32,000 nucleotides of DNA, taken from NCBI RefSeq assembly GCF_008000775.2, contig NZ_CP042905.2:3210001-3242000 (forward strand), given 5' to 3'. A program made the translations under genes and the position numbers. Source of the stretch: Promethearchaeum syntrophicum. Its GTDB lineage: Archaea > Asgardarchaeota > Lokiarchaeia > Sigyniarchaeales > Promethearchaeaceae. How positions within the stretch are numbered: the stretch's first letter is position 1; the number at the start of each line of letters is the position of its first letter. Shown piece by piece: positions 9,636-18,456 of the stretch. The notes beneath the pieces are model-generated. The model saw only the letters and a program-made list of their open reading frames with translations, did not search any database and was not told where the DNA came from.

Positions 9636-9824
9636 ATGACTAAAGAACGCGCTTGTAGAACATGTCACCTAATAACACATAAGACTTTTTGCCCGAAATG
9701 TAAAACCCCAACACTCTCGGATGACTTTTCTGGGGCAGTTATTATTCTGGATCCTCAAAATTCGTTGATTGCGAGAAGATTAAACTTTGATGTCCGTGGA
9801 AAATACGCTCTAAGGGTTCGATAA
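9636..9824 (+). CDS. spt4: Transcription elongation factor Spt4 (RNA polymerase subunit E'')
   Basis: ACRTCHLITHKTFCPKC...LSDDFSGAVIILDPQNSLIARRLNFDVRGKYALRVR, immediately downstream of rpo7. Confidence 0.95.
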   Translation: MTKERACRTCHLITHKTFCPKCKTPTLSDDFSGAVIILDPQNSLIARRLNFDVRGKYALRVR

Positions 9825-9833
9825 TTTAAAAAA

Positions 9834-10163
9834 TTATTTTAACGCTTGTCCACAAGTAGGACATTGGTCGATATTCGGCACAAGTTTTTCACCACAACCT
9901 GGACAAAAAGCAATTTCCTTGGTCTCATCAATTGAGGCCGCTTCTGGGGAAGATAGAGTATTGTTAGGTTCATTTAAGGCTTTCTTTTTTTGAATATATG
10001 CCACTGTTTGTTGGATTGCTCCTGAAATTATGCCTATTAGAGGAAAATATGCCCACCATACACCCCACCAGGAGAACGCAAACATTATAACCATAAATAT
10101 TGCTACACCAGTCCAAGATCCAATTAAACCATCAGCAGTTACTGATTTTTCTTTATTTTTCAT
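9834..10163 (-). CDS. Small 2-TM protein with C-terminal zinc ribbon
   Basis: Two hydrophobic segments, then FCPGCGEKLVPNIDQCPTCGQALK. Confidence 0.65.
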   Translation of the reverse strand: MKNKEKSVTADGLIGSWTGVAIFMVIMFAFSWWGVWWAYFPLIGIISGAIQQTVAYIQKKKALNEPNNTLSSPEAASIDETKEIAFCPGCGEKLVPNIDQCPTCGQALK

Positions 10164-10279
10164 AGAATCACTATTATATATTTACAAAAAGGAATTATAA
10201 AATTTTAGTCTTCAACCAATCAGAGCCTATATCATAAGCTCAGAAAACTTTTTCATATTTACTTCATGATTCAAAAATA

Positions 10280-11032
10280 ATGGACCAACAAGATTCAATT
10301 TTTATTCAAAAATTTCCCGTTCGGTATGGAGATATTGATATTTCAGGATATGCAAGTATTAAGAGTTTTTTTAGTAATTTTCAAGAAATTGGTTTTAATC
10401 ATGCTGATATTTTAGCCCAAAAATATAATGGAAAGAAAGAATTTTCTTTTGCTGTTGTATGGACTAAATTAAATGTAGTTATGAAAAGAATCCCAAAATG
10501 GAAGGAAATGCTTACTTATTCATCTTGGATTTCTCCGCTAATTCAAAATTCTAAAATTGCTACAAGAAATTTCAAAATTGAAGATTCTCAACATAACCAA
10601 ATTGGGTATGGTTATGGTACTATGGTCTTTTTTGATATGGTAAAACGGAAATCTATAGAAATACCTAAAGAATTGCTTATCTATCCAACTCATGATTATT
10701 CTATTGGAAATCATGAATTTTCAAAATTAGATAATCTGAGTACCTATGATTATCAAATAACAATTAAAACACAGTATACAGATTTAGATATATATCGTCA
10801 TGTAAATAATGTACGTTATATTAACTGGGTTATTGATTCCATGCCTCTCGATATACTAAAAAAGAAAAAATGTTATGAAACCGAAATCCATTTTTTAAAT
10901 GAAGCAAAAAATGGAATATTAGTTAAATCAAACACTAAAATACTAACTGAAAATGAAAAAATTTCAGCAAATCATGAAATAATTCGAGAAGATGGAAAAT
11001 CAATTGCGCGAGTTAAAACGATATGGAAATAA
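10280..11032 (+). CDS. Acyl-ACP thioesterase-like double hot-dog protein
   Basis: N-terminal FPVRYGDIDISGYASIKSFFSNFQEIGFNHA. C-terminal YTDLDIYRHVNNVRYINWVIDSMP and ETEIHFLNEAKNG, matching the second hot-dog domain of acyl-ACP thioesterases. Confidence 0.78.
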   Translation: MDQQDSIFIQKFPVRYGDIDISGYASIKSFFSNFQEIGFNHADILAQKYNGKKEFSFAVVWTKLNVVMKRIPKWKEMLTYSSWISPLIQNSKIATRNFKIEDSQHNQIGYGYGTMVFFDMVKRKSIEIPKELLIYPTHDYSIGNHEFSKLDNLSTYDYQITIKTQYTDLDIYRHVNNVRYINWVIDSMPLDILKKKKCYETEIHFLNEAKNGILVKSNTKILTENEKISANHEIIREDGKSIARVKTIWK

Positions 11033-11065
11033 AAGTTCATCTTATAATTTGAAAAAAATGAATAA

Positions 11066-12583
11066 TTAAAATAAGAACAAGTTTTTTCCAGCATAAACGG
11101 GATCGCTGGTCAATCGAACTCCCAATGTTCTGAGTCCGGCTTCATCTCCGAAGGACGGAATGTGAGTTAAATGCATTTCACAATTTTTAAGTTCCTTTAG
11201 ATGATCCAAAGCCACTTTCGCGGTCGGATTTGTAATGGCACTTATACTCAGTGCAATCATAGTTTCCTCCAAATTCAAACTCACATTTGCAGATTTTCCT
11301 AAGCTTTCTTTCAATTCACCAATGGATTCCATTATATTCGGGGAAAGAAGATAGATTTTTTTAGGAATTTTTGCAATAATTTTGATTGCATTTATGATAA
11401 CCGCGGAGGGTGCATGCATAAGCGGCGAATTTTTTCCGGTTACTATTGTTCCATCGCTCAAAAGGATCGCTGCTCCCGAGAAAATTCCAGAATGACCTTT
11501 TCCTCTTTTTTTTGCTTTTTCTGCAGCTTTACGAGCAGGTTGAACGATTACTCGATCAGTGGGGGAAACACCTACTTCTTCCATTATTAAATTAATTCGA
11601 TCTGTGGTCGATTTTGGTGTTCGCCCCGCAGCATATTCTGAATGATAACTAAAATATCTGCGTATAATTTCTTCTTTTGCAGCTTTTTGCACAGCAATAT
11701 TATCGACGATTGCAAATCCGGCCCTATTTACCCCCATATCTGTAGGAGATTGATACATATTTCCATCCCCCATTATTTTAAATAAAATTTTTTTCAAAAC
11801 GGGAAAAGCGGCAACATCTCTGTTATAGTTTACGGCAGTAATTTTATGAGTTGCCAAGTGAAAGGGATCGATTTCATTGTAATCTCCAAGATCTGCAGTT
11901 GCAGCTTCATAGGCAATGTTAACTGGATGTTTTAGAGGAAGATTCCATATGGGGAAGGTTTCGAATTTTGCATATCCTGCTTTAATTCCTCGCTTGTGTT
12001 CATGGTATACTTGTGATAGGCACGTAGCCATTTTTCCACTACCAGGCCCAGGTCCCGAAACAACGACAATTGGTTTATTAGTCTCAATAAACGGATTTGC
12101 TCCATAACCTTCCTCACTAACAATGTGATCTACGTTAGTGGGATAACCATGGATTGTTTGATGAACATATACAGGAATATTATTCAATTCCAAGACGCGT
12201 TTAAATTGGATAACTGAGGGATGAGATTCATATCGGGTGATTACTACCCCACATATTTCCAATCCCCAATCTCGTAAATCATCAATGAGTTTTAGTGTTG
12301 CTTGATCATAAGAAATTCCAAAATCGGCACGAATTTTGCGACGTTCTATGTCCCCAGCATGAATGCATATGATGATGTCTAATTTATCTTTTAATTGCTG
12401 TAATAATTTCATTTTTACATTTGGATCATAGCCGGGAAGCACACGGGCCGCATGCATATCAAACATTAATTTCCCACCAAATTCTAAGTATAGTTTATTT
12501 CCATACTGTTTGGCCCGTTCAAGAATGAATTTTGTCTGTTCCTCTAGATATTTAAGATTATCAAAGCCCACAGAAATTTCCAT
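11066..12583 (-). CDS. DUF1846 family protein
   Basis: KLYLEFGGKLMFDMHAARVLPGYDPNVKMKLLQQLKD, VVVSGPGPGSGKMATCLSQVYHEHKRGIKAGYAKFETFPIWNLPLKHPVNIAYEAATADLGD. Start set at the internal Met 12583. Confidence 0.85.
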   Translation of the reverse strand: MEISVGFDNLKYLEEQTKFILERAKQYGNKLYLEFGGKLMFDMHAARVLPGYDPNVKMKLLQQLKDKLDIIICIHAGDIERRKIRADFGISYDQATLKLIDDLRDWGLEICGVVITRYESHPSVIQFKRVLELNNIPVYVHQTIHGYPTNVDHIVSEEGYGANPFIETNKPIVVVSGPGPGSGKMATCLSQVYHEHKRGIKAGYAKFETFPIWNLPLKHPVNIAYEAATADLGDYNEIDPFHLATHKITAVNYNRDVAAFPVLKKILFKIMGDGNMYQSPTDMGVNRAGFAIVDNIAVQKAAKEEIIRRYFSYHSEYAAGRTPKSTTDRINLIMEEVGVSPTDRVIVQPARKAAEKAKKRGKGHSGIFSGAAILLSDGTIVTGKNSPLMHAPSAVIINAIKIIAKIPKKIYLLSPNIMESIGELKESLGKSANVSLNLEETMIALSISAITNPTAKVALDHLKELKNCEMHLTHIPSFGDEAGLRTLGVRLTSDPVYAGKNLFLF

Positions 12584-12916
12584 ATCAGAAAATATCTTAT
12601 AAACTATAAAAATCTGCATAAATACGAGATTAACATGAAAATTTCTTGATAAAAACAAACCAGCATACAAGTTTACTAAAAAATTGGATACCTTTGGATT
12701 ATTAAAAAAAAAATCTACAAATTGAATTTAACATTGGGAAATTTATTCTCACATCTAAGCAAGCGTGAAAACGAGGGTTATGTATTCGTCAAAAAGGAAA
12801 TTATTGAAAAAAAGCTAAGGACAACAGTAAAAATTACTGAATTAGGCCCACAACAATTCTTAAGATATCGTAAACAAATGATAACGCTTTTAGAATGATT
12901 GTTTGATATTTTTTTT

Positions 12917-13954
12917 TTATTCTATCTGCCCTATTGCAATTAAATGGGATTTCAATTTTGAGATTCCTTCAATTATAAATGTTGCGGTAGATTCAGTGAA
13001 AAATTTTATCCAATTTTGTGCAGATAATGCCAGATCACGTAATTTTCGTTCAGGTTCTAATTTATATTGCAAATTTGTACTTAATTGGTCAATTCCCCAA
13101 CAGATATTGAAAACAGGGATAACCATTACGTAAAAAGGAGCAATTTTTTCGAGATTTAAACTTGTAGCCGGTGAAAAATGTTTTTGATACTCCGCAAAGA
13201 AATAATCTCGAAATTTTGCTTCCAAATCATTATCAAAGACAAAATTACTTACTTCTTCCAGACAATCCCCATATTCAGAATTTTCCCAATCAATTAACCA
13301 AAGCTTACCGTGATGGTCAAGGATGAAATTATTACTTAAATCTCCATGTAAAATGCTTGTAATTCCGTGAGTAAATATGTCTTGATTATCCTGTAGTAAA
13401 GTATGATATTCAGCAAGGGCAGCAGCAAAGGCAGATTTTATGGAATCATTCATTAAATTTGAATATCGATTTTTTATTGACTGGATGGTATCATTTAGGT
13501 TTTGGAAAAAAGACAAAATATGTTGAAAACCATTAGGAATTATTTTATAATCTAAGTTATGAATCTTTGCCAAATAACGAGCCATTTGACTTATAATTTT
13601 TTTATCCTTGAAAATAGCCATTTCTCCCTCAATATAATCGTAGATTACTGCACCATTAGGGATTATATCTTCGTCAATATAAATTGGATGTGTTAGAAAT
13701 TTCAATCCTTGAAATAAGAAATCCTCCCGAATTTTTGCTTCATTTAGAACCTTCATGGTTCGTTCGGGAAATAAAGCCATTTTCAAACAATAGACCTTAT
13801 TGTCCGTTCTCACTTTATACACAACAGATCCCTCACCTCTTCCTAGAAATGAAATCTCACTTATATGATCTCCAATTTTATTGAATAGGGCGTAAATTGA
13901 TTCAGTTTCTGCCTGTGTTAAATGGTGATTGGTAGATTTCATAGGATTGATCAA
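12917..13954 (-). CDS. Aminoglycoside/choline-type phosphotransferase (APH-like kinase)
   Basis: LGRGEGSVVYKV, CLKMAL, SILHGDLSNNFILD and LWLIDWENSEYGDCLEEVSNFV kinase motifs. Confidence 0.8.
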   Translation of the reverse strand: MINPMKSTNHHLTQAETESIYALFNKIGDHISEISFLGRGEGSVVYKVRTDNKVYCLKMALFPERTMKVLNEAKIREDFLFQGLKFLTHPIYIDEDIIPNGAVIYDYIEGEMAIFKDKKIISQMARYLAKIHNLDYKIIPNGFQHILSFFQNLNDTIQSIKNRYSNLMNDSIKSAFAAALAEYHTLLQDNQDIFTHGITSILHGDLSNNFILDHHGKLWLIDWENSEYGDCLEEVSNFVFDNDLEAKFRDYFFAEYQKHFSPATSLNLEKIAPFYVMVIPVFNICWGIDQLSTNLQYKLEPERKLRDLALSAQNWIKFFTESTATFIIEGISKLKSHLIAIGQIE

Positions 13955-14287
13955 CTTGGGGGGAAAGTTTTTCGATTAGTGCGGGTCGATAAATTAATTT
14001 TAAAAAAAAAATCGATTGTATAATGCAATTCTGTAATTTTTTCTTGCATACCTGATAATAAGAATAATCGCAAAAAAAAGGGATTAGAAATAAATTATTT
14101 CTAAAAAGAGATTATGGTATTTTCTTTATCAATAAATGAAGTGACATTTAAGTAAAATATAGTTTATGTTAAAAATAGGGGGTAAAACCCTCCCAACTTC
14201 TTTATATAGCAATTATTTGTTTAATTATTTGAAAGATTATTTTTGTAGAGCAGTGATTGAAACAACTAAAATGATTGGGAAAAAAAT

Positions 14288-14575
14288 ATGGAGAATCAAA
14301 AAAAAAAATATGGATTTGTTCGAACAAGATACGATCCTATAGAGCAAGATCTAATTTATTCAGAAAATGCTGAAGATTATATTCATATTATTTTCTTAGA
14401 GGACCGGAATTTATACTTCCAAACTGGAAAAACACGTTTTTACCAGGAAAAAATCCCAATTCCATACAACTTACATGAATTTACAGAATTTTACAAAGAA
14501 AAACCCCCTAGAATTACAAATAATAACCTTAAAACGATAAATTCATTGAATGAAGTTTTATTTGTTGATGAATAA
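14288..14575 (+). CDS. Small uncharacterised protein
   Basis: 95-aa ORF in an otherwise empty region. No recognised domain. Confidence 0.45.
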   Translation: MENQKKKYGFVRTRYDPIEQDLIYSENAEDYIHIIFLEDRNLYFQTGKTRFYQEKIPIPYNLHEFTEFYKEKPPRITNNNLKTINSLNEVLFVDE

Positions 14576-14687
14576 TCTTTTTTAATTACGAAAAAGATTT
14601 TTCAGATCTAAAAGGATGAAAAATCTCCCAATTTCTTTGAATGCTGCTGAACTGTTAATTATTTAAGAAAGTGTTTTCGGTGATAAT

Positions 14688-15716
14688 ATGAAAAAAACAA
14701 ATAAAATAATAAGTATGACCATCATCGGGTTAATTTTTATCTCACTATCATCTTCTTCATTGGATAGTGCTCTTGCAAATAAGATCACGAGTGAAAATGA
14801 AGTACCTGAGTTTGAAATAGATACAGATCCTGATGAAATAGATGAAGATAAAAGAAGAGAGTCGGAACGCGTGGTAACCATTGAGAATAATTCAAACTCT
14901 GCGCAAATCAAATCTATCCTCAAATATTCAGATCAAAAAGATGATATTACCATGGATATTTCAGCTATAAATAGTTTCTTTGTTAAGGGATTATATAAAT
15001 CACATACAATCTTTAATCAGATAAATTTGGAATTCCAGATAACCTTATATTCAATAATCGAGTTTGTAGATCAAAATGGGAATGAAATTTATGAACCAGA
15101 CATAGATCTAGAGATTCAAGAAATGGTTTTAGATTCATGGAAAGATATTTCATATGTTAATTTAAGCGCTCACATATTTACCATAAATACCACAAATGAT
15201 GTCTTTTTAGTTCGAATATTTGCGGTTGAAGGATATACAGATGTGAATGGAACAATAATCACTCCCTCAGAAATTAAAATTGATTTTGAGTTTCATAACT
15301 TTCCCTTTATGAATGAAACATCACTTTTAGCTTTGCGAACGAAATTTCAAAGCAATGCAGTATTCAAATTGAAGGATGAAACTCGAGGTGAAGATGAGGG
15401 ATATGCAGAAAATGAAGACTCTATTGAATTAGAAAGTGAGAGCGCTGTAGGATACTTTGCTTGGGCAGAAAATGCAAGTGCTGATGGGGTTGAAGTTGAA
15501 GTGCTATCCAGTCCAATGAAACTAGGTGCTTTAGAGAAGTTTATGTTTCTAAATTACCCACATGCAACAGATATACTTCATGATCCTAAGATCGGGTTTG
15601 TTTCGGAAATTTCAGCATTTTATATTTCAGGGTTTCCTTTAGTTATGGCGTTTTCTATTATTGGAATTGTATCTTTGATTCTTTTAATTAAGAAACCGAA
15701 ACTAAATAAGAAATAA
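14688..15716 (+). CDS. Secreted/cell-surface protein with signal peptide and C-terminal TM anchor
   Basis: MKKTNKIISMTIIGLIFISLSSSSLDSALA signal-like N-terminus. Many N-x-S/T sites. C-terminal ISGFPLVMAFSIIGIVSLILLIKKPKLNKK. Confidence 0.7.
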   Translation: MKKTNKIISMTIIGLIFISLSSSSLDSALANKITSENEVPEFEIDTDPDEIDEDKRRESERVVTIENNSNSAQIKSILKYSDQKDDITMDISAINSFFVKGLYKSHTIFNQINLEFQITLYSIIEFVDQNGNEIYEPDIDLEIQEMVLDSWKDISYVNLSAHIFTINTTNDVFLVRIFAVEGYTDVNGTIITPSEIKIDFEFHNFPFMNETSLLALRTKFQSNAVFKLKDETRGEDEGYAENEDSIELESESAVGYFAWAENASADGVEVEVLSSPMKLGALEKFMFLNYPHATDILHDPKIGFVSEISAFYISGFPLVMAFSIIGIVSLILLIKKPKLNKK

Positions 15717-15723
15717 TCTTCAT

Positions 15724-16290
15724 TTAAGAGTTTTTTTTTTGAAATTCTAAATATACCATTCGCTCGGAACAGATAGTTTTATCCGAAACCATTTCGAAAT
15801 TGAAGGAACGTATAGTTAAAATCTGTTGGAATATAGCAAAGAAGATATCCGACCATTTTTTACCCATATCGTGGGTCCCTTTAAAATAAAAGGGAGGATT
15901 CTGCACTTCATTTTCCATTTGCCGAAACCACCGAAGACCTGTTTTTTCTCCAATGAACTTGGACATTGTGGTAATAAATTCTTCCAAATTAGAAGAATTG
16001 GCGTTTTTCTGAATGCTATATTCGTAATATTCAATTATACTTTCGGCAATATTAGAAATAAAAGAGTGCAGCTGATCTTCTTCCAACATTTCTAGAAGTT
16101 TTGCATAAGAAGATCGGTTGACGGTGATCATAGAGGAATTACGGGTCCAATAACTCTCGATCCATTCCAAAATGGCGATTTTTGCCAATTGGTTGGGAGT
16201 CTGGTTTAAATTGTCAGCTATTTTTTCTAATCTCGCTAGAATTTCTTCCGGTAAGCGTATACCAATAAATTTTGAAGGGATTGTTATCAC
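15724..16290 (-). CDS. Ribbon-helix-helix (CopG-like) N-terminal domain protein, probable regulator
   Basis: VITIPSKFIGIRLPEEILARLEKIADNLNQTPNQLAKIAILEWIE resembles RHH. Likely GTG start at 16290, which removes the overlap with the divergent gene at 16382. The track ORF extends to 16383. Confidence 0.6.
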   Translation of the reverse strand: MITIPSKFIGIRLPEEILARLEKIADNLNQTPNQLAKIAILEWIESYWTRNSSMITVNRSSYAKLLEMLEEDQLHSFISNIAESIIEYYEYSIQKNANSSNLEEFITTMSKFIGEKTGLRWFRQMENEVQNPPFYFKGTHDMGKKWSDIFFAIFQQILTIRSFNFEMVSDKTICSERMVYLEFQKKNS

Positions 16291-16381
16291 CAAATTTTGA
16301 AGGATTAAATTATATAAGCATTTGATACATTTAATAATATTTATTATCAATTGATAACATATGATCATGTGAATAAAAATC

Positions 16382-17302
16382 ATGGCTAGCAGTTTTGAAA
16401 ATCTTCCGATCTTGGATAATTTTTACCAAACATCCAGTTTTTTTCCAATGCCTATAGTTCTAGTGGGAACTCTCGATGAAACAGGTCAAACCAACTTGGG
16501 GCCCTATTCTTTATGTTTTCCATATTATATTGCCGGGAAAAAGCGATATACAATGGTCCTCATGTGCCGAAATAATAGTAATACTGCGAAAAACATCTTG
16601 CGATCGAAAAAATGTTCCCTTAATTTTATCCCTCATGATAATAAATTTCTTAAAAATACCGTAATGTTGGGATTTCCCGGAGATACGACAGCGGAAAAAA
16701 TGGAGAAATCTATATTTTCTTTAACTGAAGGATTAATGCAAAGTGAAAACTCTGCAGAATTATACCCACAAATAGTGGAGGAATCATTTCAAGTCTTCGA
16801 ATGCACTTGGGACGCAAGTCTGGACGGAGCTGAAAATGATACCGTTCAAGAGGAATATTTACCTCCATTTCATAATTTTAATGGGATTACCAGCCCAATG
16901 GGAGCCCACTTTATTTTATCAATTGATAAGATCTTAATGAAACCTAAATACCGTAAAGCAATTATTGATGGAGTTCAAACGAAATATTTCCCTAACATTC
17001 CTGTAGATTATGGTTATCGAGACAATACGAATTTTTGGTTAGCTAAATTTAAAAAGCCATATGCTGAAAAAATTCCGAAAGGTAAGGGAATAAGTTTGGA
17101 CACCATAACTTACGCTGCAGATCGTACAGATTCGGATGTAAAATTTACGGATGATGCATGTGCTACTCTGATAAAAGTACCTCGAATATTCTTGAAGAAA
17201 ATTTTACAAGATTGCGTAGTTTGGGCTAAAAATCGAGACATTACACTTATTAATGAAGAACATATGCAACAAATTCGTGACAAACGATCAGCTAACAAAT
17301 AA
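16382..17302 (+). CDS. Flavin reductase-like FMN-binding domain protein
   Basis: PMPIVLVGTLDETGQTNLGPYSLCFPYYIAGKKRYTMVLMCRNNSNTAKNILRSKKCSLNFIP, typical of the flavin reductase-like domain. Confidence 0.7.
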   Translation: MASSFENLPILDNFYQTSSFFPMPIVLVGTLDETGQTNLGPYSLCFPYYIAGKKRYTMVLMCRNNSNTAKNILRSKKCSLNFIPHDNKFLKNTVMLGFPGDTTAEKMEKSIFSLTEGLMQSENSAELYPQIVEESFQVFECTWDASLDGAENDTVQEEYLPPFHNFNGITSPMGAHFILSIDKILMKPKYRKAIIDGVQTKYFPNIPVDYGYRDNTNFWLAKFKKPYAEKIPKGKGISLDTITYAADRTDSDVKFTDDACATLIKVPRIFLKKILQDCVVWAKNRDITLINEEHMQQIRDKRSANK

Positions 17303-17545
17303 TAAGTATATGAAAAAGAAATGAAAATATATTTAAATTTCATATATGTGGGTCTTTTTTCGTTTTTTTCATCATTTTTACCCATCTTTGTGGGAAGTTA
17401 TATAATATTTCACATAAATCATCATAGTAAAATTAGGATTTCCTACTGATCATATTAGTAATATTATGGATTTATTAAATAACCATCTTATTAAATAGAT
17501 ACATATCTAATTATTCATTTTGAGTGAAAAGAGTGAAAATATTAA

Positions 17546-18409
17546 ATGGCTGAATTCGCAGGAAAAGTTGCACTAGTTGCTGGAAATCTTGGAAGATTTA
17601 AAAATGATAAGTTTAAAATGGGTTTAAGTGGAATAATTGCGCAAAATCTCATAAAAAATAATTGTAAAGTTTGCATTGTCGATACTGATTATAAAATCGC
17701 CAAAGCATGTGCAGAAAAAATTAACAATGAAAACGTAAAAGCCTATGAAGCGGATTTGTTCATCGAATGTGAATCAGAAACCGAAAAATTCGTTGATCAT
17801 AAAGGAAGAGATAAAACCAAAGTCATTTGGACAAAAGCGCCTGCTCATGAATTAGTTCAAAGTATAATTAAAGAATTTCAAAAATTGGATATTCTGATAA
17901 CAAATTTTGATAAATTTGAACAAGCGCGCATAGATCAAACTGATGATGAACTTTATGACTATTTACGTGATCAAAACACACTCCCAGTATTTCATTTGAT
18001 AAGTGCAGTAAGGGACGTAATGTCGAATCAGAGAAAAACAGAAGGAACTTATGGAAAAATCGTTTTCATTACCAATATTGTTGGAAAAGCAGGATTATCC
18101 TTTGCTACTATGTATTCGGCATTTAAAGGTTCTTTAGTAGGATTAACAAAATGTTTGGCAAAAGAATTTGGAACTTTTGCAAATGTGAATTCAGTAGCGA
18201 TTGGTCCTCTATCAGAAAGGAAAATGCAAGGACCAAAAGAACGTATCAAGAAAGATTACTTACTAACACAAACCGCAGTGTGCGATAAACCGCTTTCTTT
18301 CCAGGATATTGCACCTCTTGCAACATTTTTAGCATCGGATGATGCAGTTGCAATAAATGGCCAGGTTATGAATGTTGACGGCGGTTTATGGCTCAAATTA
18401 GAAGCTTAA
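17546..18409 (+). CDS. Degenerate short-chain dehydrogenase/reductase (SDR) family protein, putative pseudoenzyme subunit
   Basis: SDR fold signatures (LDILITNFD, GLTKCLAKEFG, NVDGG) but the nucleotide-binding TGxxxGIG is replaced by AGNLGRFKNDKFKMGLSG. NNAG is replaced by TNFD and the catalytic Ser position by Asn (FITNIVG). YSAFK retained. Confidence 0.85.
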   Translation: MAEFAGKVALVAGNLGRFKNDKFKMGLSGIIAQNLIKNNCKVCIVDTDYKIAKACAEKINNENVKAYEADLFIECESETEKFVDHKGRDKTKVIWTKAPAHELVQSIIKEFQKLDILITNFDKFEQARIDQTDDELYDYLRDQNTLPVFHLISAVRDVMSNQRKTEGTYGKIVFITNIVGKAGLSFATMYSAFKGSLVGLTKCLAKEFGTFANVNSVAIGPLSERKMQGPKERIKKDYLLTQTAVCDKPLSFQDIAPLATFLASDDAVAINGQVMNVDGGLWLKLEA

Positions 18410-18456
18410 TGTTATCGATATTAAATATTTTGAATAAAAAAAAGAGTTGAAAAATT

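Noticed and set aside
11916-12123. Two 63-aa ORFs within the DUF1846 gene
   Set aside because: Fully contained in a conserved gene and without motifs.
12671-12916. Possible small RNA in the gap between the DUF1846 and kinase genes
   Set aside because: AT-rich with no clear stem-loop of convincing length and no promoter/terminator pair identifiable by eye.
13684-13884. 66-aa plus-strand ORF in the APH-like kinase
   Set aside because: Antisense shadow ORF.
17110-17385. 91-aa minus ORF at the 3' end of the flavoprotein gene
   Set aside because: Mostly antisense to the flavoprotein with no motif. The non-overlapping part is AT-rich.
17521-17545. Direct repeat gagtgaaaa-gagtgaaaa just before the first SDR gene
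   Set aside because: Short and A-rich. Similar (g)agtgaaaa strings occur before other genes in the window (e.g. near 26575 and 19410), so it is more likely common leader composition than a specific operator.
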